Shown: piece by piece, positions 60,934-64,000 of the stretch
Layout of the letters: each line of letters opens with the position of its first letter
How positions within the stretch are numbered: the first letter of the stretch is position 1
NCBI GenBank assembly: GCA_977020255.1
Contig: CDROCS010001028.1
Coordinates: 1 to 64,000, forward strand
Length of the DNA: 64,000 bases
From: Obrimoposthia wandeli
Taxonomy: Eukaryota
Direction: 5' to 3'
Program-made: the position numbers and the translations under genes
Notes under the pieces: generated by a model
What the model was told of the DNA's origin: nothing
Seen by the model: only the letters and a program-made list of their open reading frames with translations
Databases searched by the model: none

Positions 60934-61260
60934 TTATTGCGTAATAAGTAGCTTATCAAGGCGCTTGGATATACTGTTTTCAATGCTATAAGCAAAAAAA
61001 CTGGCTGCAAAACCTAATTTCAATTGAATCGTAATTTTTCCATGCTGAGAATGAAGGAAACCACGGGCTGACATGTGATCAATAACCAAACGATCATCTT
61101 GCCAAGACCATTCAATACCGTACTTACTAGCGAGTTCATCCGCAATTTGTTCTGACATAACGACAATGTCATCAAGGTGTAGGTCATGTTCTCGTTCGAT
61201 TAAAATAGTCACTTTCTTTCCATTTTTTAGTGCAAATACTCTGTTACGTATTTTTAACAT
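60934..61260 (-). CDS. Polyhydroxyalkanoic acid system (PHA granule region) family protein
   Basis: IEREH...ELASKYG..W.W.DD.L...LKLGF...IE..I...LD. Confidence 0.8.
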   Translation of the reverse strand: MLKIRNRVFALKNGKKVTILIEREHDLHLDDIVVMSEQIADELASKYGIEWSWQDDRLVIDHMSARGFLHSQHGKITIQLKLGFAASFFAYSIENSISKRLDKLLITQ

Positions 61261-61367
61261 AACGTGATATCAAGTCAATGTCTGTGCTACAGATCGAATA
61301 GTCCAAATTTGACTTACTACAATGAAAAAGAATAGACCAAAATATTACTAAACCACAAAAAAACACA

Positions 61368-61916
61368 CTAACGGCGAAAAACTAGTCGCAATACCCTAGA
61401 AAGCACAATCGCGCCCCCAACGGTCAGACGAGCCCCCGCAATCGCCCGTCGATAAGGTCGCTTTTCTGCGGGCGCGACTATACCGCCAACGAGCAAGCCA
61501 ACCCCCGCTAATTTAATTAGCCTATTTTCAGTTCCCGTAATAAGAAGCCCTGCAAATAATAGTACAAATAACCGTTGAAATTGAGTGCACTCAACAGGCA
61601 AACCATGAGATTGACGCACAAATTGTTCGCAATTACGATTGAATAAATTATAGGGAGTACCTAAAAATTGTTGAGCCTGTAAATATGCTTTCTCTGGTTC
61701 ATCACTGGTAATTGAACTAACCCAAATGGCTCTACCTTCTGAAAACTCATATAACGTATCAAACTGTACTTGCCTACGTTTTTTTGAATTGTGTATTACC
61801 CCACCTCTCCCATCAGCCATGCCATAGTGCCAATATGATAAGCAACGAACTTTAAGAATGGTTCCTACCGGATAACGAGTTATCTCCATACCATTTCCTA
61901 TTAATAATACTATCAA
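61368..61916 (-). CDS. LRAT-family (permuted NlpC/P60) acyltransferase/phospholipase-like protein
   Basis: WHYG and YNLFNRNCEQF catalytic motifs, C-terminal hydrophobic segments. Confidence 0.85.
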   Translation of the reverse strand: MIVLLIGNGMEITRYPVGTILKVRCLSYWHYGMADGRGGVIHNSKKRRQVQFDTLYEFSEGRAIWVSSITSDEPEKAYLQAQQFLGTPYNLFNRNCEQFVRQSHGLPVECTQFQRLFVLLFAGLLITGTENRLIKLAGVGLLVGGIVAPAEKRPYRRAIAGARLTVGGAIVLSRVLRLVFRR

Positions 61917-62161
61917 ATATATAACTCAATAATAGCTGGTTTTTTCAAAGTGATAATCGAATCGCACCTCTTAATAATCAGTAATATAGCCACTCTAGTA
62001 ACAAGAATGTTGTCTCAACACCAAGATTTTAGTCATTGGTATTTACATTCATAAGCAAGTCAAATAATTCATGCTATATTTTTATCAATGACATATTTAT
62101 GTTGGTTTTAATGATAATTAAATATCATTAACAAGGTTGATTAGTCCTAGATGGTATTAAT

Positions 62162-63418
62162 ATGCAGTGGCTTCTAATATTGTTTTTTACATTGATTATC
62201 TCCGGTTGCCAAGGGCTACAAAATGTTGATATCCCAGAGAGTAACCAAACAGAAAATACCCCTGTAATTTCTATAAGCGCTATTGAACTTGAGAAAAATT
62301 GCCCTATATCTTATCAACAGCAAGAAGGCTTTTTTATTGCTACTGGTCATCAAAACGGCCTATCTATAGACAAAAATGCTGACAACAGCCCTTTCAATAC
62401 TCGATCAGTTAACAATACGTTCGTAATAGACTCCCCCCATTCATCGGCTGATTTGTGGGACGTAATGGGCGATTCTTTTTCACTGCCTGTACCAAATAAC
62501 AAGCGCATTCGATATTACCGAAATTGGTTTGTTGATAACCCCTTACACATTAAAACGGTGTCTAAACGTGCTGAACCTTTTTTATATCTGATGTATGAAG
62601 AAGTGCTAAAACGTGGGTTACCGACAGAAATAGTGCTACTTCCTTTCATTGAAAGCTCTTTTGACCAGTTTGCCCATTCAAACAAAGGGGCATCAGGACT
62701 TTGGCAAATTACAGCACCTACTGGTAAGTCTTTTGGATTAGAGTATTGGCAAGGTTACGATGGCCGTCGTGATGTGATTGCATCAACCCATGCAGCATTG
62801 GATCTTCTTGAATATTTGCACGATAAATTTAACGGTAACTGGCTACACGCTATAGCCGCTTATAACACGGGTGAAGGGCGAGTAAGAAATGCCATTAAAA
62901 GTAATAAGAAAAAAGGCATATCAACTGAGTTTTGGTATTTAGAATTACCGAAAGAAACACGCTTATATGTACCGAAGTTGCTTGCAATGGCGGATATTGT
63001 AAAACATAAACACGAATACCAGTATCAGCTCGATTTTGCGACGATACCTACCTCACCAGCAGTGACAAAAGTCATCGTAAACAATCGTGTTCGTTTAAAG
63101 AAAATAGCAAAACATGCTGATATATCCAGTAAACAACTTTATGCGCTAAACCCTGGGTATACCGCAGGTTACACGCTTAAAAATAGAGACAATATTGTAT
63201 TGTTACCAAAGAATAACATTGAGGTTTTTTATAATAATATCGACAGTCGCCTTTATGTTAGGTACAAATATTTTATACATAAAATAAGAATTGGTGAGTC
63301 GTTAAGTGAATTAGCACATAACAATAAAACGACAGTGTCAATGATTAAGCAAGCCAATGAGATGTCAGATTCATTTATTATTGCAGGGCAACGGTTGTTA
63401 ATCCCGCTCATTGATTGA
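62162..63418 (+). CDS. MltD-like lytic transglycosylase lipoprotein with LysM domain
   Basis: Lipobox ISGC, FIESS, GLWQ, AAYNTG, ETRLYVPK, LysM. Confidence 0.9.
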   Translation: MQWLLILFFTLIISGCQGLQNVDIPESNQTENTPVISISAIELEKNCPISYQQQEGFFIATGHQNGLSIDKNADNSPFNTRSVNNTFVIDSPHSSADLWDVMGDSFSLPVPNNKRIRYYRNWFVDNPLHIKTVSKRAEPFLYLMYEEVLKRGLPTEIVLLPFIESSFDQFAHSNKGASGLWQITAPTGKSFGLEYWQGYDGRRDVIASTHAALDLLEYLHDKFNGNWLHAIAAYNTGEGRVRNAIKSNKKKGISTEFWYLELPKETRLYVPKLLAMADIVKHKHEYQYQLDFATIPTSPAVTKVIVNNRVRLKKIAKHADISSKQLYALNPGYTAGYTLKNRDNIVLLPKNNIEVFYNNIDSRLYVRYKYFIHKIRIGESLSELAHNNKTTVSMIKQANEMSDSFIIAGQRLLIPLID

Positions 63419-63514
63419 ACATGAATGACACTCTTTCTCTATAGTCCGAATTAGTAGATCCTGACTATATCATCACTGTACATTCTCGGTTTCTACTACA
63501 GCGACAAGACTATT

Positions 63515-63922
63515 TTATTCAGTTAAAGGCTCTACAATTTCTTGAATATTCACTGATTTCCGTCCACTAACATCGCTGTAATTCAGCCCTTTCACATTAG
63601 AATCGGCGCCATCAAAAGCAACGTTCACGCTTTGTTCTAATTTAGCCAGAACACTTAAATCAGCCTGATTATGGGATAGTGATAAACCGATTAGAATCCC
63701 CATAAATGTACAGACAGGGGCAATTAAACTTCTAATGGCCATCAGTGTACAAAGCGAAATAATAGAGATAATAGTCGCGATATAAATATTACTGCCACCC
63801 ACACCACTAAAAAAAGCGATATAGACAGCAAGGCCTTGAAGTAACATCCCTATAAAAAGCACAAAAAGTTTCATATTGTAAAACCTATATATCTTATTTG
63901 AGTTAATTATAGACAGACACAT
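63515..63922 (-). CDS. Hypothetical membrane protein
   Basis: Three N-terminal TM segments. Confidence 0.55.
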   Translation of the reverse strand: MCLSIINSNKIYRFYNMKLFVLFIGMLLQGLAVYIAFFSGVGGSNIYIATIISIISLCTLMAIRSLIAPVCTFMGILIGLSLSHNQADLSVLAKLEQSVNVAFDGADSNVKGLNYSDVSGRKSVNIQEIVEPLTE

Positions 63923-64000
63923 TTACAAAAGAATAATTTACTTACTATGAAAAAACAGCCTTAGGGCTACTCACATCCTCAAGAAGGGTAAATATACTTA

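Noticed and set aside
1-64000. Short ORFs in the track that overlap larger genes (e.g. 1288-1506, 12975-13316, 17703-18026, 39357-39764, 60035-60337)
   Set aside because: Antisense or alternate-frame shadows of well-supported genes, with no motifs or RBS support.

Overview
This window is the chromosome I replication terminus of a Vibrionaceae bacterium (probably Photobacterium-like; inference from gene content and order). A canonical XerCD dif site lies at 6514-6541. Right of dif is mostly core genome: the NosP/VpsS-like sensor pair, cbb3 oxidase ccoNOQP-HIS, fnr, uspE, ttcA, pepT, potABCD+potD2, cobB and a sigma54-type formate dehydrogenase locus, with matS and KOPS motifs. Left of dif (1-6513) is a layered pile of mobile DNA: a degenerate tRNA(CTT)-like gene, a decayed PM2/corticovirus-like (double jelly-roll) prophage carrying an intact, antisense RloC-like ABC-ATPase/HEPN-like gene, two orphan IS1202-family ends, and a full-length but frameshifted IS1202-family element inserted 5 bp from the XerC arm. 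The most novel-looking system is at about 50-62 kb. It has Pseudomonas-type PHA granule and regulatory genes (PhaD-like TetR, two PhaF/PhaI-like phasins, a PHA-granule-region protein) but no PHA synthase in the window. Instead there is a fatty acyl-CoA reductase with a FadR box over its promoter, a START-like DUF2505 protein, an HSL-family esterase and an LRAT-like acyltransferase. This suggests a wax-ester or neutral-lipid body system (hypothesis). All family assignments come from motif recognition by eye; no database searches were run.
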